A stretch of 64,000 bases of DNA from Tricharina praecox (lineage: Eukaryota). The stretch lies in the NCBI RefSeq assembly GCF_024521635.1, contig NW_026250406.1, positions 1,178,001 through 1,242,000 on the forward strand, read 5' to 3'. The position numbers were made by a program, and so were the translations under genes. The notes beneath the pieces were generated by a model, which did no database searches, was not told the DNA's origin, and saw only the letters and a program-made list of their open reading frames with translations. Position 1 is the stretch's first letter. Every line of letters begins with the position of its first letter. This document shows, piece after piece, positions 1 through 14,582 of the stretch.

Positions 1-6
1 GAAGAA

Positions 7-37
<31 letters not shown>

Positions 38-40
38 GAA
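1..40. repeat. (GAA)n microsatellite, truncated by the window edge
   Basis: gaagaagaag... read directly. Confidence 0.9.
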
Positions 41-536
41 AGCCCGGCAATGAGAGAAGAAAAGAAAGGGAATGAAAGGAAAGGAAAGGTGAAGAGAAAG
101 AAAAAAAGAAGACGCAATGAGACGTGATTCGGATGAAAATGAGTGTTCAAACCCCCCAACGAAAAGGAACGATGCATGAGTGGCAATGGTCGGTCAGATA
201 AATGCAGATAAATGCAATCAAAAAAAAAACTTTTGCTTCGCCCGTGGTGTAGTGTAGTGCAGAGTGTAAAGCGCCGGAGCCGAACCGAATCCTGTTGTTG
301 TCCGACGTGGCCATCCGCCCGCCGCCCGCCGCCTATAGAGTGGATGGCGGCTCTACTGTCGCCATGTGTGATGCACCCGAGTTGTATCGTAGAGTTCTCC
401 CCATTTTCAATCTAGCACCGCTTGTTGCAATTCCTCCACCAACCCACTCTTCCCCTCCCATGATCTTCACATCCGGAACCGCACCCCCAGAATCCCGCCT
501 CCTCCTCCGCTGTGGCCAATCCCCCCACCACGCTCA

Positions 537-2507
537 CTACCGCACTCTCCCCTTCCCCTTCCCCTTCCCTTTGCTCGCTGTCCCAGCAGCCGCGGACTCC
601 CCACCCGCAGCCGCCCGTTTCGAACTTCCCCCCGCATCCTGCTTCCGCGCATTCTCAATCAACATGGTGAGCTGACTCTTCTGCCTAGGTAACACCGGAC
701 GGACGGGCGCAGTTGCAGGCTGCACCGGCAGGCCATCATCCGCCTTTAGCGGCACGACCTCGTCGACCACCAGGACATTCTTTCCCTTCCCCTTCCCGCC
801 GGCCCACGACGAAGTCGCCGTGGCCACCACATTCCCCGACAGCGCTGTCGTCGCCTGGGCCCTGACCACGCGCGAGAGCATGTCCTTCTGCTTGGCCTTC
901 TTGTCGATATATTTTGTCCGGAAGTCCGGATCGACGATCCAGCCGCCGCCGCCTGAGGATGATGCCGACTCCTTTCGCTTCGGCGGCTTAAGCTGTTCCC
1001 GTTCCACCGGCTTCTCGGTGACCACCGGTAGTGACCGCGGCGGCACCACTTCCACCACATCCTCCACCGGTGACTCGGCCGCATTGCTACTTTTGCTGCG
1101 TCGCATCGGTGGTGCAAGTCCTCGTGGACGGTTGGCTCTCCCGACTGCTGATGTCGGCTTCTTCCCGCCGCGACGGGGTTTCGCACGGAGCTGTTCTGCT
1201 TTTGCGGCCGGTTTCGTGGTGCTGGTTTTCGACGAGTGTGACGACTGAGAGGCTTCCGACTTGAAGCTAGTAGATACCCATTCGCTGGCCTTCGATTCTT
1301 GCACGGTGTCTAATGTCATCATGGGGTTAGATTGTCGCGGGGATGGCGACGGTCGTAATCTCTGGGGTGATGGCGGAGGCTGTTGTAGGGGTGGTTGTTG
1401 TGGGGGTAGTTGTTGTGGAGGTGGTGGTGGTGGTGGTGGCGGTTGTTGCCGTTGTTGTTGTTGTTCTTGTGGTGGTGGTGGTGGTGGTGATTGCTGTTGA
1501 TCATTTCGTTGTTGTTGTTGGCCGACCGCCGCTGCATGCAAGCGTACCGGTGAAGCCTGCATCTGTGGGGCCGGCACGGGTGGCGAGGGTGGCGGATTGT
1601 GCAGGGACCTCTGTAACGACAGAGTAATTTCGGTGAGCTGGGGTTGCTTCGACAGGAAAGAGTGGCTCGCGAATCCGCGCTGTATCGAGTTTGGAACGGG
1701 GCTCGGTGGCGGGGTAGGCGGACACTCGATGTCGAGCGAGATCCGGGGTGTCAACACGAGCGCATCGGCACCTGCACCTCCCGGAGGTGCAGGCTGGCCC
1801 CGCTCCGACATGGTCCGTATGTCGACTGGCCGTGTGCTGCGGAATCGTATTCGCCGAGGGATCAGGTCGTCTTGCCGGTGTATCCGCATGAACATGGCCG
1901 ACACGGCTTCCCCGGTGAATGGCCGGTCGTCCCGCTGGATGCTCCACAGCCGCCAGAACAGGTTCTCCAATCGCCGGCCGTTCTCGACGACATCTCTGTT
2001 TACAAAATAGACTGTACGGACGGCAAATGTCAGCTATGTCAGTCTGGCTGGCGAGATAAGACGCGGCAATGTATAAGGCATGTGTATGCAGAGTACTGGA
2101 TATCAAATCGGTTTGACATTCGGAGGCCAGATAGGGAACGGAACGTGAGAAGCACCTCCGGAAAATGGGTTGCAGGAGAGATATGGAGGAAAAAGAACAT
2201 TGGATGTTGATTTGCGGTTTAATATCTCGGGGCCTGCAGGTGGCAACCACGGGCGAAAAAGACTTTTTTTCGTTCTTTCTTTTCTTTTTTGTTTGTAGAG
2301 TAAAAGCAGAAAGAAAAAGAAAAAGAAGGAAAGAAAGAAAGAAAAGAAAGAAAGAAAAAAACATTGAATATATTTCGCGGTCCCCCTTCCTCGGGTATAC
2401 ATACCCTTCCACAATTGGCTCAAAACTTCGGAGGTAAATACATCGAGCCGTCGCAAGCTATCGGGGACGGAGGCCTTGTTGGTCACGATACCGCCGATTG
2501 GCTTCAT
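537..2507 (-). CDS. DUF1752 / nitrogen-regulatory AreA N-terminal-like domain protein, ~525 aa, 2 exons (2507-2405, 2011-537)
   Basis: Intron 2404-2012 (GTATGT...GCTGAC...TACAG) joins MKPIGGIVTN...LSQLWK to VYFVNRDVVENGRRLENLFWRLWS. RLENxxWRxW is the DUF1752 signature. Long Q/P-rich disordered C-terminus and no GATA finger seen. TAG at 539-537. Confidence 0.85.
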
Positions 2508-2916
2508 TGAGTAGCACTTTGAAGGAAGGACGGTGCTTGCTGGGTTTAGCCGCTATGTTTGTTGATTGCGGCGACGTACAGCGAGATTTTTTTTTCTTCT
2601 GCAGCGAGCGGCGGATGGTGTGCCCGGAATGACAGGTTCGAGTGCACACGAGCAAGGAAAGAAACGGCGGCGGTGGAGGTGGTGGTGGTAGTTGTGGGTG
2701 GTGGTGGTGGTGGTGGTAGTAGTGGTGGTGGTGATGGTGGTGGGGAAACGAGCGGAAGGGCCCGAAGCGGGACTTGATGAGAAGGAGTTGTTCGCGGGGG
2801 AGACGTGGAGAGAAGGAGAAGAGGAGAAGGAATGAGGGGAAGGAGGAGGAGGAGAAGGAGAGGGAGTAGGAGAAGGAAGAGAAGGGGGAGAAGGCCGAAG
2901 AGAGAAGCGGAAGAGA

Positions 2917-2964
<48 letters not shown>
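2917..2964. repeat. (GAGGAC)n microsatellite within a purine-rich tract upstream of the DUF1752 gene
   Basis: About 7 perfect hexamer copies; (GGT)n tract nearby at ~2685-2742. Confidence 0.9.
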
Positions 2965-5900
2965 GTAAGAGATCGAGAGGTAGGTAGGCAAGTACTTTGA
3001 TTTAGTTCGATACTCTAGTTCGATAGTTAGATAGAGCTGAGAGCGAGCGAGCGAGCGAGCGGTTGTACTCCACTACTGGGACATAAGTCGTGGGTCTTAG
3101 TATAGCGCGGAAAGAGTAAGCAACACTTTAAACCAACTAGCCTTCCCTCTTCCGCCACTCCTGGGCTGCTGGGTTTTGCTGGCTGGCTTGCGTCGATTCT
3201 GGACACTCTTTCCTTCGGGACGCGATGATGGCTGCGGACGGGGGGGAAGGTAGGAGACGGCGCGGTGAGAGCGCGCGAGTGTGTTGTTTTATGGTCTGGC
3301 TGGACTGCGCGAGACAAGAGTCGAAGAGTGGCAGAGTGGCACAGACGAACAGTCGCGGAGTCGTAGAGTCGAACAATCGAACAGCCGAACAGTCGCAGAG
3401 AAGAGTCGCAGAGTCGAAGAGGCGGTCGGTCCAGTCGGCCATTCCGTGGCGGAGAGTGTGCACCAGCAAGCATCCGCCCCCTCCCCTCTCCCCCAGACGG
3501 CCGGGTTTCCATTTGCTTCAAGCGCGCGACGGAAGGGCCCCTCCACCACTCAATAACACTCAGCCAGCCAGCCAGCCAGCCAGCCAGTCCAGTCTCGCTC
3601 CCATGCTCCCTCCCTCCCTCCCTCCCTCGCTCCCTTGCCCCCACCGCGTGCTGGCTGGGGGGGAGGGGGCGTGTCCGGATAAAGCAGACTTCCAGAAGCG
3701 ACTCGGACGGTTTTCCCTCCTTCTGCAGCAGCGCCTTCCTCCCTCCCTCCTGGTCCGCCTGTCCCCCCCCCCGAACTGCCTAGAGTACCCACCGTACCGT
3801 ATGCTGCGCTCGAGCCCTGCCTGCTTGCTGTCGGCCAACTCCTTCTTCAACGTTTCTTTCTCTGCTCGCTCGCTGACTGCTGCATGCTTGCTGCTTGCTG
3901 GATACTGGGGTTCTCTATGTAGAGTACTCTATGTACATACTCCACATACATCTACAACCTCAAAACGCTACTCTAGGTGAAGACCTAGGCAAGTATCTAC
4001 ACGTGTACTAGAGCATCGTATTCTACACCCCCGGCCCCAACGTTACCGATGTCCAGCGAATCGAATCACCGCTTCCCTTCCCCATAGTTGTGTACCCATC
4101 CCCATCCCCATCCCCAGAGACCCTGATCCCTTCAAATCACTCAGAGAACCCCACCGAGACCGCGGCGTCGTCGTCGAAGCCACACCGGAGGATATGTAGC
4201 AGCCTTCCCTGTCCTTCTTTCTCTGTGTTGTAACTTGTTGTCGTTGTGGCAAACAGGCCAGCAAACATGCAGCAGTGAGAAAGAGAAGGAGAAGGCAGCT
4301 GTCTGTATGGACTCACTCAACCCTACCTACATACCAGGTATGTAGAGTACCTAGATCGTAGTTACCGGTAACTAGTAGGGGCCAGTAGGCCAGTGGGCCA
4401 CCGTTCCTGAGGAAAAGAGGCGGCGTCAACTTTTCAAGTGAAAAAAACGCACAGGGATGGGGGTGTTTCCAAAGCGAGGACGCCGAGGAGAGAGTGGAGA
4501 GAGTGAGTGAGTGGAGAGACCATCGCCCTGTCGACAACGAATCGTGGTTGATGGCCAGGCAAGTAGGCAGCAGCTGCTGCGGCGGCGGCGGCTGCTGCTT
4601 CTACGTACAAAGAACAACAAACAGAAATGAGCACGAGGAAACAAGAAGAAGAAGGCACTATGGTTACTCTACATACTCCAAGTTTTGTGCTCAGACTGCA
4701 AGTCTACAAGCCCACAAGTCAAGTCCGCACGTCCGCAACGTCTGCTGCTGCGCACTTCAAGCCTCAAGCCTCAAGGAAGGCATCCGACCACTCGGGGCGC
4801 GCGCACTCACGGGAAGCGGAAGAGGTGGATGCGGAATTCGATATCTAGCTACATATTTGGCGTTGAAGCCGGCGAGAAAAAGCAAAAAAAAAGACGAAGA
4901 AGGAAGAAAACTCTTGCCTGCCAAACCGTCGTGACTTTTGCCCCAGTCATCCAGTCATCCAGTCGCCCAGTCGCCCAAGTTGCCTGGTTGTTTGGAGTAG
5001 CTATGAGTAGCTATGAGTAATGTACTTACCTAGGCGTGTAGGCGGGCGCGGCGCGGCGGCGGCGACGACGCGTGGCATGGAGACGGATCGGCCGTCGCAG
5101 TTACTGTGGTGACTGGTCTGTATCTTCATATAGATATCTGCTAGGCATGCAGACTACAAGCCGCACGCACCTATGCGAAGTTTTGTTCTTGTTCTTGTTT
5201 CTTGGCCGCGGCTCTCGAGTCCCGAGTCTTGGGTTTTGAGTCTCGATGGCGAAACCCGCCGCCGCCGCCCACCAGCAGAACCGGCCTACCCGCCTACCCG
5301 CACAGTCGCAATCCCGCCCGCGCACCCGCAGGACTGCCTCGAGATCGAATCGAATCGAATCGAGTGGAGAAGCGAGGGTTAACTACGGGGAATGTATCTA
5401 TACTTGGTAGATACATAGAGTATGTCGGCCGCAGGTGACCGCCCCAACCCTTGAAGAAATGTAAATCGGCGTCTTCTCCCAACTTCCCAAGTTAGGGTAC
5501 TTTGTACATTTCAAGGTACATGAGTTGCGTGGGTTGCGTGGGTTGCCATCCACGTGCAGGCTCACACCACACAGGTGTGGTCACGCACACGGGACCGCCC
5601 CGGATGGCGGATAGTTCGTAGTTGGAGGTTCGTGGGGTATGATTTGTTTTTCTTCTTCCCTACTCACTTTACTGGTGGTTGGTCTTTTCGTTCCTCCATT
5701 GACATTGACATTGACATTGACATCGATAACCATCCATCCATATCCCATCCTATCCCATCCCCGACTGAAACCCCCACACCCCAAACGGGGACAATGTTGA
5801 GAGAACGCAGAGATTCCGCCTACCTACTAGGTATGTAGAAGCACAGGATGTCGGGACGGACAGAGGACAACCCTGAACTCCCCCTCCCCCACTTCGCCGT

Positions 5901-6037
5901 TTCAGGTGAGTCTTCAGGTGAAATCGCCAGTACCGTACCCTACGTGGCAGGTTTCCCCCTCCCTCGAGGAAATGCGAGGACACACAAACTGCCGTACCGT
6001 GGATACTGTAGATACATGGCTCCTTGAAAGCGCCGTG

Positions 6038-6227
6038 AACGCTGACAACGCTGAGAAAGCTGAGAAAGCTGAGAACGCTGAGAACGCTGAGAACGCTGAG
6101 ATCAATGTTGAACGCTGCCTCAACAACCATAATAACAAACGAACTCTTGGGCAAAAAAACAAAACAAATAAACAGTCAAAACAAAACCAAAACAAAATAA
6201 ACAAAATAAACAAAATAAACAAAATAA
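6038..6227. repeat. Two adjacent 9-mer arrays: (AA[C/A]GCTGAG)x7 at 6038-6100 and A-rich (AAACAAAAT)n at ~6153-6227
   Basis: Read directly. Confidence 0.85.
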
Positions 6228-9177
6228 AGCCTTAACCCGAGGCTCCGCTCCGCCCTCCTCCGCGGGTTTCCATGTCTACCCATCCCTTGTAGCAAAAGTA
6301 GAGTGTGTATGTACCTTGATAGTTGCGGGGAAGTATAGTAACTACTATAACTAGCCGATCCAGCGTACGGGGCGTGCGGGCAAGCGGGCAAGCGGGCAAG
6401 CGGGCGGGCGGACGGGGGGCGGACGGGCGGACGGGCTGATGTACGGGCTGATGGATGGAAAGGAAAGGATTGTGTACCTATTCGATTTTAACTCGTTCCG
6501 GAGCCGAGACCTGCGATACGCGATGCGGAGCTGCCGGAGCTGCTGGAGATGGGCTGGATTTGACTAATGTACCTACATACCGTAGGGAACTGGGAAGTCC
6601 AATCGAGAAGGCTTGAATGGCAACTTCTAGATATTATTTAAGTATGTACTTTTATACTTGTGTACAAGAGTATGTACAATACAAATGCGTGACGACGGAA
6701 AAGCTTAGATACCTATGGCATAGCTGGCCGCTGGCCAACTTACTGCCACCTAAGCACACGGGCGTGGTATATACTAGGTACTAGTATACTATACATAGAC
6801 ACCCGGGTACAATGTCAAACTTTAAAGATGTGCGTGTATACCTGGTAGAGTACGTGTAAAGAACGTGGATAATTCTGAATTCCGAAGGCACGAGTACACT
6901 ACTACAGAGTACAACGATGTGACGAAGTGACGATGTGACAACTGGCGCCGCGGCGGCAAAGCAAGGCGGAAACTTATCTGCTTTTTCCCCGGCACTCTGT
7001 GGGCTGATCACTTGTGGGCTGGTCAAGCTGGTCACTGGTGGGCTGGTTCAAGTTGGGCTGACTCGATCAGCACTTTTCGCATTTCCAGCTCCTGCCCAGT
7101 GGCCAAATTCAAAGTATTAAAACTCGAGGAGCCTGGAGTCGAGGGCAGCCGCCGCCGCCGGAGATATCTCCGCCCAGCGTCCAGTGTCCAAGATGGCGCA
7201 TCGATCATTGATCATCGATGTTTGAAACTTTGAAATTCATGAATATGCTTACATCTGTAATCCACCGATGCATCGATACATCGACAAATGGATGCCCACA
7301 ATCAAAGATCAATCCAACAGGAATGGGAATGGCCGTTTCGGTCGGTCGTGACTGTACCAACACACTTACGTACTCGGTATGGTATATACAAGCATTCTCC
7401 AACGAAACAGAAGACCTTGATGACTGCCCCTCTCCATCGTAGGTACACATCTCGATTCTCGATTCTCGATTCTCATCGTGTTTATACATAGCTTCCTATA
7501 GAATACTCTAGGTACCCGCCTTCCCGCCATGTATAGTACCAAGTATATAGACACGGCGACGAGAAGCCGTGGGGCATAACCAAGTACTTTCGTTTGTATC
7601 CCACGGGATACGAATTGCATAATGTGGCGCCCACTGTGCCCCCCGCTGTGCCCCACCCCTCACCCCCGCTGTGCCCTTACCCCCGCTGTGCCCCCACTTA
7701 AGCCTTACTCAACCCCCCCCCCCCCCCCGCAAGTTTCAACCTCGAGATCGGGAGAGCGTTTGTGCGTTTGTGGATACATTATACATACGACCGAGTTCGC
7801 CGGTCGCCGGTCGCCGGTCGCATATGTATCTGGGGGGAGTGCGCAACAAGGAGAGGGGTCCGGGAGGGCTCAGGGCAGGCAAGGTGGTCTGAACAACAGT
7901 TACTGTGGATAGCTTTGACAAGGACCGGGGGTGCCGGAATCAGTCTCAGTAACTCAGTGCATTTTGCCCATCCAGGCTCCGCGTCCGCGTCCGTGTCCGC
8001 GTGCATGTGACAGGTAGATATTCTGTTCCCGTCCGGTGTCAAGTGCGCAAACGTACCATCGTTACTTAGGTACTTTGGTACTCTGCGGGGTTCGGTTGCA
8101 CCTTTGCACCTATCGTATGTACCTAGTACCTAGTACCTAGTACCAGGTATATAGGCCGTTGTTTGTGGCGGGCCTCCGGAGTCCGGTTATGTACATGCGA
8201 AACGCCGATCGGCCGCCCGATCGACCGACCGAGGGAGGGAGGGGAACTCGGCGTCCACTGCCTAGAATCGAGAGGTCATGTGATTTCGCAGAGGGTGGGG
8301 GAGTCTCGTGATGGGGCGGATCTCGTGGGGGCGGATCTCGTGGAATCTCGGATGTGCTAGTAGAGCGGTGCCGCAAAGTCGTACGTATCCTTACGTACGT
8401 CGCGGGCGGGAGGGGGCGGCAGGGCGGCAGGGCGAATGGGGAGCGGCAGGGCGAACGGAAAGGCCGCTGTGAACTGAACTTGAATGAGAAGCGGAGCTGC
8501 GGTCCTGCGGAGGAGCCTGGGGTCACTGGTGCTGGGTCGCCATTAAGATTTGGTTAGTTAACCCCGCGCCAAGCTCCCGCCAAGCTCCAGCAGAGCCTCC
8601 ACCACTCTACCACAGCAACGCTCAGCAACGCTCAGCAGCAGCGCTTGTCACGGACCACGGTGCGTCGCTTGCAACTTGGAAGACCTGAGATCTACCAACA
8701 TCAATGATACCTCACTAACCAACATCTTCAGAAAACCGGAGTTCCGAACGTTCGACTCTCCCCCCTAGTCCGGTTGAATGGACTCCGAAATGGCACATAC
8801 GCTGACACCGAGCAGATTGTGTCTCCCGAATACGGTCGATACTTTTTTTGCTGTTGGAGGCGCGCGCCGGAAGTCACTGCGCGCGGCAATGGAACATGGA
8901 TCCGCGCGGAGTCAAGGCACATGGCATGGGGACTCCGGGGGGAAGGGGAAGGGGAAGGGTGCCCCAGCAAGTCAAATCAAGCAATTCCCCCCAGGAAGCC
9001 GTTGCTACTCTAGAGTACTCTACATACTATCAGCTGTCGCCCTTTTTCCCTGTGAAAAAAACACAAAGCCCCAGATCGAGCTTCCCGACATTCACCGACA
9101 TTTTTTATGTAGCCGGCCTTTTCTTACGGCCGACCGCTACCTGTTCAGGGGAATACTGTTGAGCGGAAATACCGGTA

Positions 9178-9208
<31 letters not shown>

Positions 9209-10169
9209 CAACCTGGCACAGAGCCCTATGACCCTCGACCTCGATGATCGAAGTCTTGGTACCCGACTCCCAGGTTTTCCCCAGCTACATACGGTATTCT
9301 ACTCTACAGCTCATTTGCCGAGCTGGTCAGCAGATCATGACAAAAACCACTTGTACCGAATCAACGTTCAGGTGATCGTGGCGAGGACAGAGATCGGCGG
9401 GGATTGCGTGCGTGCGTGTGTTCGTGCCTGCAGCATCCTCCCCTTCTCCCCCACCCCAAGGGAATGAGATCGATGAAACATATTGGTCCTCGGTTACTGG
9501 TGACGAATAATGCAACACGGCAGGAGCTGGAGCTGGAGGAGGAGCAGGAGGCGTTTGCTGCTGCTGCTGCCGTGTTGTCTTACTTCCGCTACCTTACGTA
9601 CGTACGGCTGGGTCGGCCACGCCGCAAGCACGCAAGATCGTTCGAAAAGGTCAGACAATTCTTGCCCCTCTAGAGTCCCTACTCTACATAGCTACCAAAG
9701 AGCATTCACGGATGGATATTCCGGGTTGCATACAGCTACCTACGACCCACTGGTGACTGGTGACTGCCCAGGTGAGCAAGTAATTTGGGAGTGAATGCGG
9801 CCGTGATCATCTTGACTGACTGACTTACCTATGTGCCGAGCAAACATGTACCTAACTAATACATTCTAAATACACATGTACATACCGGTAGCTACTATAC
9901 TCTTTCGACAGGCCTGGCGATTTCTCCGGCGCCACCCATGGCTGGTGCGGAACATCAGCAGCCACAGGAAGGAAAGAAGCAAGTCCACGCAGAGACTGCT
10001 GGCCGTCCAGTGTCACACAATGATAACGTGCAAGAAGAACGATTGCTCGCTCGAGTCAACGGCCAGATAGGTTAACCGACCGCGCAGATGGATGCAGTCG
10101 GGGGGTTAACTACTACTACTACCTACTACTAATAGCCCGCTTCCCGCTGCATTATCGTCGAACGCTTCG

Positions 10170-10340
10170 GTCATGGTCATGGTCATCGGCTCGAAGCCTG
10201 AAGGAGAAGCGGCACTCGGTGTGGTGAGAATAGATCTGTAGATTCTCCACGCCCTCCAGGCTGCGGATTCCAGTCATGGCCATGGCCATGGGCTCGAAGG
10301 AGAAGCGGCACTCGAGTCTCGGTGTGGTGAGAATGGATAT
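10170..10340. repeat. Imperfect local direct duplication (~70 bp, period ~103)
   Basis: gtcatgg[t/c]catgg[t/c]cat.ggctcgaag...gagaagcggcactcg...gtgtggtgagaat at 10170 and 10273. Confidence 0.8.
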
Positions 10341-13300
10341 CTACCTACCGAGCTCCACCTACTCCTCCAGACTTCAAACGACCGAGGCATTCTCGGATGT
10401 ACCTTTTGCACACACCCACGCCTCGATCGCGCTCCGAATATCAGATCAGCCCCTAAGCAAGCAGACAGGCAATGAGCCAACAAGCCAGCTGAGTTCGTCC
10501 ACCACGCCCCATTGCCCCATGCATATGCGCATGAGCGCTGTTCCATCCCCCTTGAACCTTCAACAACCTTCACCGTGGAGTCGGGAGTACCCAAAAACGG
10601 AGGCCGTAACTGCATATATCTATACATAAGCTGTGTTACTCCATGTATCCCACACATAGTTACATAACTACTCTACACGCTTGTATGGGAGCATAAGCGC
10701 GGAAGGAGGTGGGAGCATAAGCAAATGCGCCGCCACCAGAACCACCTTCCAAGCCCTTAGGCGAGCATTTCCATCGTCGATGCATCGAATCATTAATATG
10801 TCGACGGAAACGGAAAGAAAAAAACGGTATGCATGTTCGGTGTGTGTATGCGTGTGTGGGTGGTTTTAGGTTCCGCATATAGGAGAATAATAGAGGGAAG
10901 TGCTGGTACATGGCTCTCGTTCGGTTCTGTTCGTCCGAACTAGGTAATACATAGAAATTTTGAAGCCAGCTGAACCTGAGGATCGTGGAAGCACTTCAAA
11001 CTTCACAACTTGCAAACGTGCGAATGCTTTGCTGCGCCAATTTGCTGCTCCTATATGTATACAAGTACTCTACTCTATACGTAGTAGATCCCGCGCGGAA
11101 ACCCAGCCCGGCGAAGAAGAAGGTAGTTAGTTGGGGCGTTGTCGATGTATGTACAAACGCACAGACCGCAGGACGCATCATGCACCATGTTCCATAGTCG
11201 TCCACACACACATTCCCGACCGCGAACACCATCAAAAATCATCACCATCACCATCACCTCTACCACACCTCCACCATCTCCCCCACAAAACAGCACCATC
11301 GCTATCCTCTCTCCTTGTTGGGTTTCAGATGCCTCGAGCCCATCACCATCACCATCACCATCAAACCATCTGATGCGTGGCCCCCGTATCTATTCCATGC
11401 CGGTACATAATTGTGCTTCGAGCTTCGGTGAAAGTGTTTGGATAAAAGACCGAAAACTTCTGATAAGCGAATTGGCTGACATCTTTCGCGATGGGAATGT
11501 CCCCCCTCCCCCCATATTTACGCTCTTATGCATGGAGTTGTAGTTGTCTATACATATGCACTTCTCCTCACATCCATCCACCATTCATCCATCCATCTGG
11601 GGCGAATTGTTCGGGGAAAGATGTCCAGCATCCTATCCTCCAATCGCGACTGCATCATCCTCCACCTCCTCCTCCTCGTTGTTTGGTTTACTCATTGACT
11701 ATCACTCGCTTTGCACTAATATGGTTAACGCCGCGCGTAGTAGGACTAGCGTATGTCCAATAGCATACCCCCTCATACAAAATACCCGACTTTTCAAGTC
11801 CTACTCCTCTCCACCAACCACCAATAATTTAATTTTGAAACCATAGAACCATTCTACACATACTACTCTACCATTCTATAGTTTCAAAATAAATTCTTTT
11901 TGTTGTGGTGGAGAGGACTAGCGGTCGGCGCTGAGGGTCATTTTTCGTCCCTCGCTTGCCCGTTAAAGCGTCCGGCACTATAGTTGCCTTCTTTTCACCC
12001 ACCACCACCACCAGCAGCACCACCACCACCACCACCGCGAATTCCACGATCCCGATAATACATAATAATAATATGGCCGCGTCACACACACCCTCGCGGT
12101 TGTACCTGACGGAAAGAGTCACAAGCGAACCCGTCCGACCGTCCGACCGACCAACCCGCAGTTCCGCATCCGCTAGCGATGTGTTCGAGATTGAAATATA
12201 TCGTAACTAGAGTACTGGGGTCGGGTCGGCCAAGTGGGTAAGGTAAGTGAGTTCGTGATAAGGTGCCAGCGGCAGAAAAGAAAGAAAGAAAGAAGGAAAA
12301 AAAAGTAGTGCCGACACTGGACAGCTACAACTTCTTTGACCAGTAGTAGATCTCACACGTACATACGTGCCTACCTACTTAGCACCGGTATGTACCATAC
12401 TATAGGTAACCTCCTTCCCGGAAGTTCCTTCGTATGAGGTATGTGTGTATGCATATGTACCCGCAAACGGACCCATGGGCCATGGGCCATACCCAGTCCT
12501 CCGGAAAGTAATGCATCGCGACTAACGTTTGAAGCTATCCACCGTTTATCTTGTACTAATATCATCCCAACATCTTCAACCAAACCAAACTACAAAATCC
12601 CTCTACATAACTACTCTAGGCGGCCTTAACTAATTCCTTCACCGTCTGTATGGGGTAGGTCCTGTCCAGGCTGTCCTGTCCGTCAGTTCAGTCAAATATC
12701 ATGGTCATGGTATGTAGAGTAGGAAGTTACCGTCGTCGAAAAAAACTTCCTCCAATCCCCCGGGAAGTTGGAACCCATGCCATGTGAGAGTTTCAAATCC
12801 GCCAGCTTCCTTCCTTCCTTCCTTCGACGGAAAGAAAGAAGGTCGAAGAAGCCATCGCAGGTGTCCGCCGACGCTACGGTATGTGTGTATGGGTTTACCG
12901 CGAACGGGGCTCCACTACACAAGCACTAAAATACCCTCCTTCCTTCCTTCCTGCACTCTAAGCGGGAGAGCTAGTGGACTGAAACATTCCAGTCTCGAGC
13001 GAGCGAGCGGCCGACCAAGAAGAAAAAAACTTCGCCAGTAGTTTGGTACAGAGTTGTGGTAACGAGATGTGGCTGGACGGCTGGACGGCTGGGAGGACAG
13101 TAGAGTACTAGAGTGCCTACGGTATGTACTGTTAGGTTTTCACGATTCATCACTCACCCTCACAACAACAACAATAACAAGGCATTGTCGGTCGGTACGG
13201 AGAGTAGATGACCCATTCTCACCACGGATCCGCCAAGGCCGAAGAGGAACTGTCCGTCTGACTGGAGAAAATAGAGGAATCTCCCGGGGGCTGTAGGTAG

Positions 13301-14582
13301 AGTAGAGTAGAGATGTCAGTCAGCATCGGCTATCTGGGTACTCTACCGGGCTAACTACCTAGCTGGAGTAACCGGGGTTTCCGATGTATGTACCTACTAC
13401 CAGGATGTTGTGTACTCTACTTATGTACTCATAGTAGAGTATGTATCATGGTAGAGTGTGTATATAGGTGTGTAGATAGACACCCCGTGGGCCGAGGAAT
13501 CCCCCATCCGTCCGCTCCAGCGCGCTCTCGGTGGGTTACATATGGGTTTTCGTGAAGCGTAAGGTACCTAGAGTACTCGTGTATGGACATACATGTCTAC
13601 TCACATAATTCCTCGAGTATGTATACCGGTAGTAGATTGACCACGTCGGGAACAGAAAGATATCCGCACTGACATGATGCTGGTGTGTTGGTCGCTGCCG
13701 GAAGTCGTTCAATCTCCGCCGTATACATACGTAGGTAGGTATGTAAGAGGTAGTAAGTACATACCAACCTGACTGGACCTGACCTGGCCTGGCCACGGTT
13801 GGGCGTGTCTTTCTGGTGTCTAGTTACTCCGGAGGCCTACATAGGCACATACATACATTCCGGTATTGTATAGCATGTAGAGTACACAATACAGAGTAAC
13901 TATTTCCCCGAGGTTTATTACTATACCCAGAGTACAGACATACACACATACTATACATTCATACCTAGCGTAGCTTACAATCTCGATGGAACGCCCGTAA
14001 CTGGCTCCCCTCCCAAGCCTCCCCCTCCTTCTTGCGTGGGATGCTGCGGTGATGGCCGTTTCGTTTGCAGTGGCGGAGTCAGTCGCCCGGGAGTGGCGTT
14101 CGCGGATTGGACGGAATGCGTGCTGCTGCTGCGTGGGTGGCGGTTGGTGAATATACCGGAAAACGTATGGTGGGAGATCGCGAGGTGTGCACTGTGCACT
14201 GTGCACTGTGGGCTCGTTTGTGTTCATGCAAGGCGGTGGAGATATATTACATACTGAGGCGAAGCGATAGCGTTTCATTTCATGTAACCATGCACGTCTT
14301 TGAGGGGTTGAATGGGATCACCATTTCCGAGTTCTTTACACAACATGGAGTATCAACCGTAGAAACAACTGTGCCATTCCTCATCAGCAGGCTATCTATC
14401 TATGTAGAAAAGCCCCAAGATGAAAGCCTACAAAGAAACGGAACTAAACCAGACCAGACCAGACCAAAGCAGAACGCCCAAAAATGCCACCGCCCATCAG
14501 AAATGCTCGCAAACAGTAAAACGAAACGGGGGTATAAAAGGCACACAATCACTCCGTCGGATCTGATCTTCGCCGCTTCGGA

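Noticed and set aside
1501..2412. 303-aa minus ORF
   Set aside because: Off-frame read-through of the DUF1752 intron and exon 2
2458..2991. 177-aa minus ORF with LVLVLV and poly-His overlapping the DUF1752 start
   Set aside because: Starts at TTG and is a translation of microsatellites
5906..6235. ORF with NAEKAE and NKI repeats
   Set aside because: Product of stop-free 9-mer arrays; no ATG start or splice support
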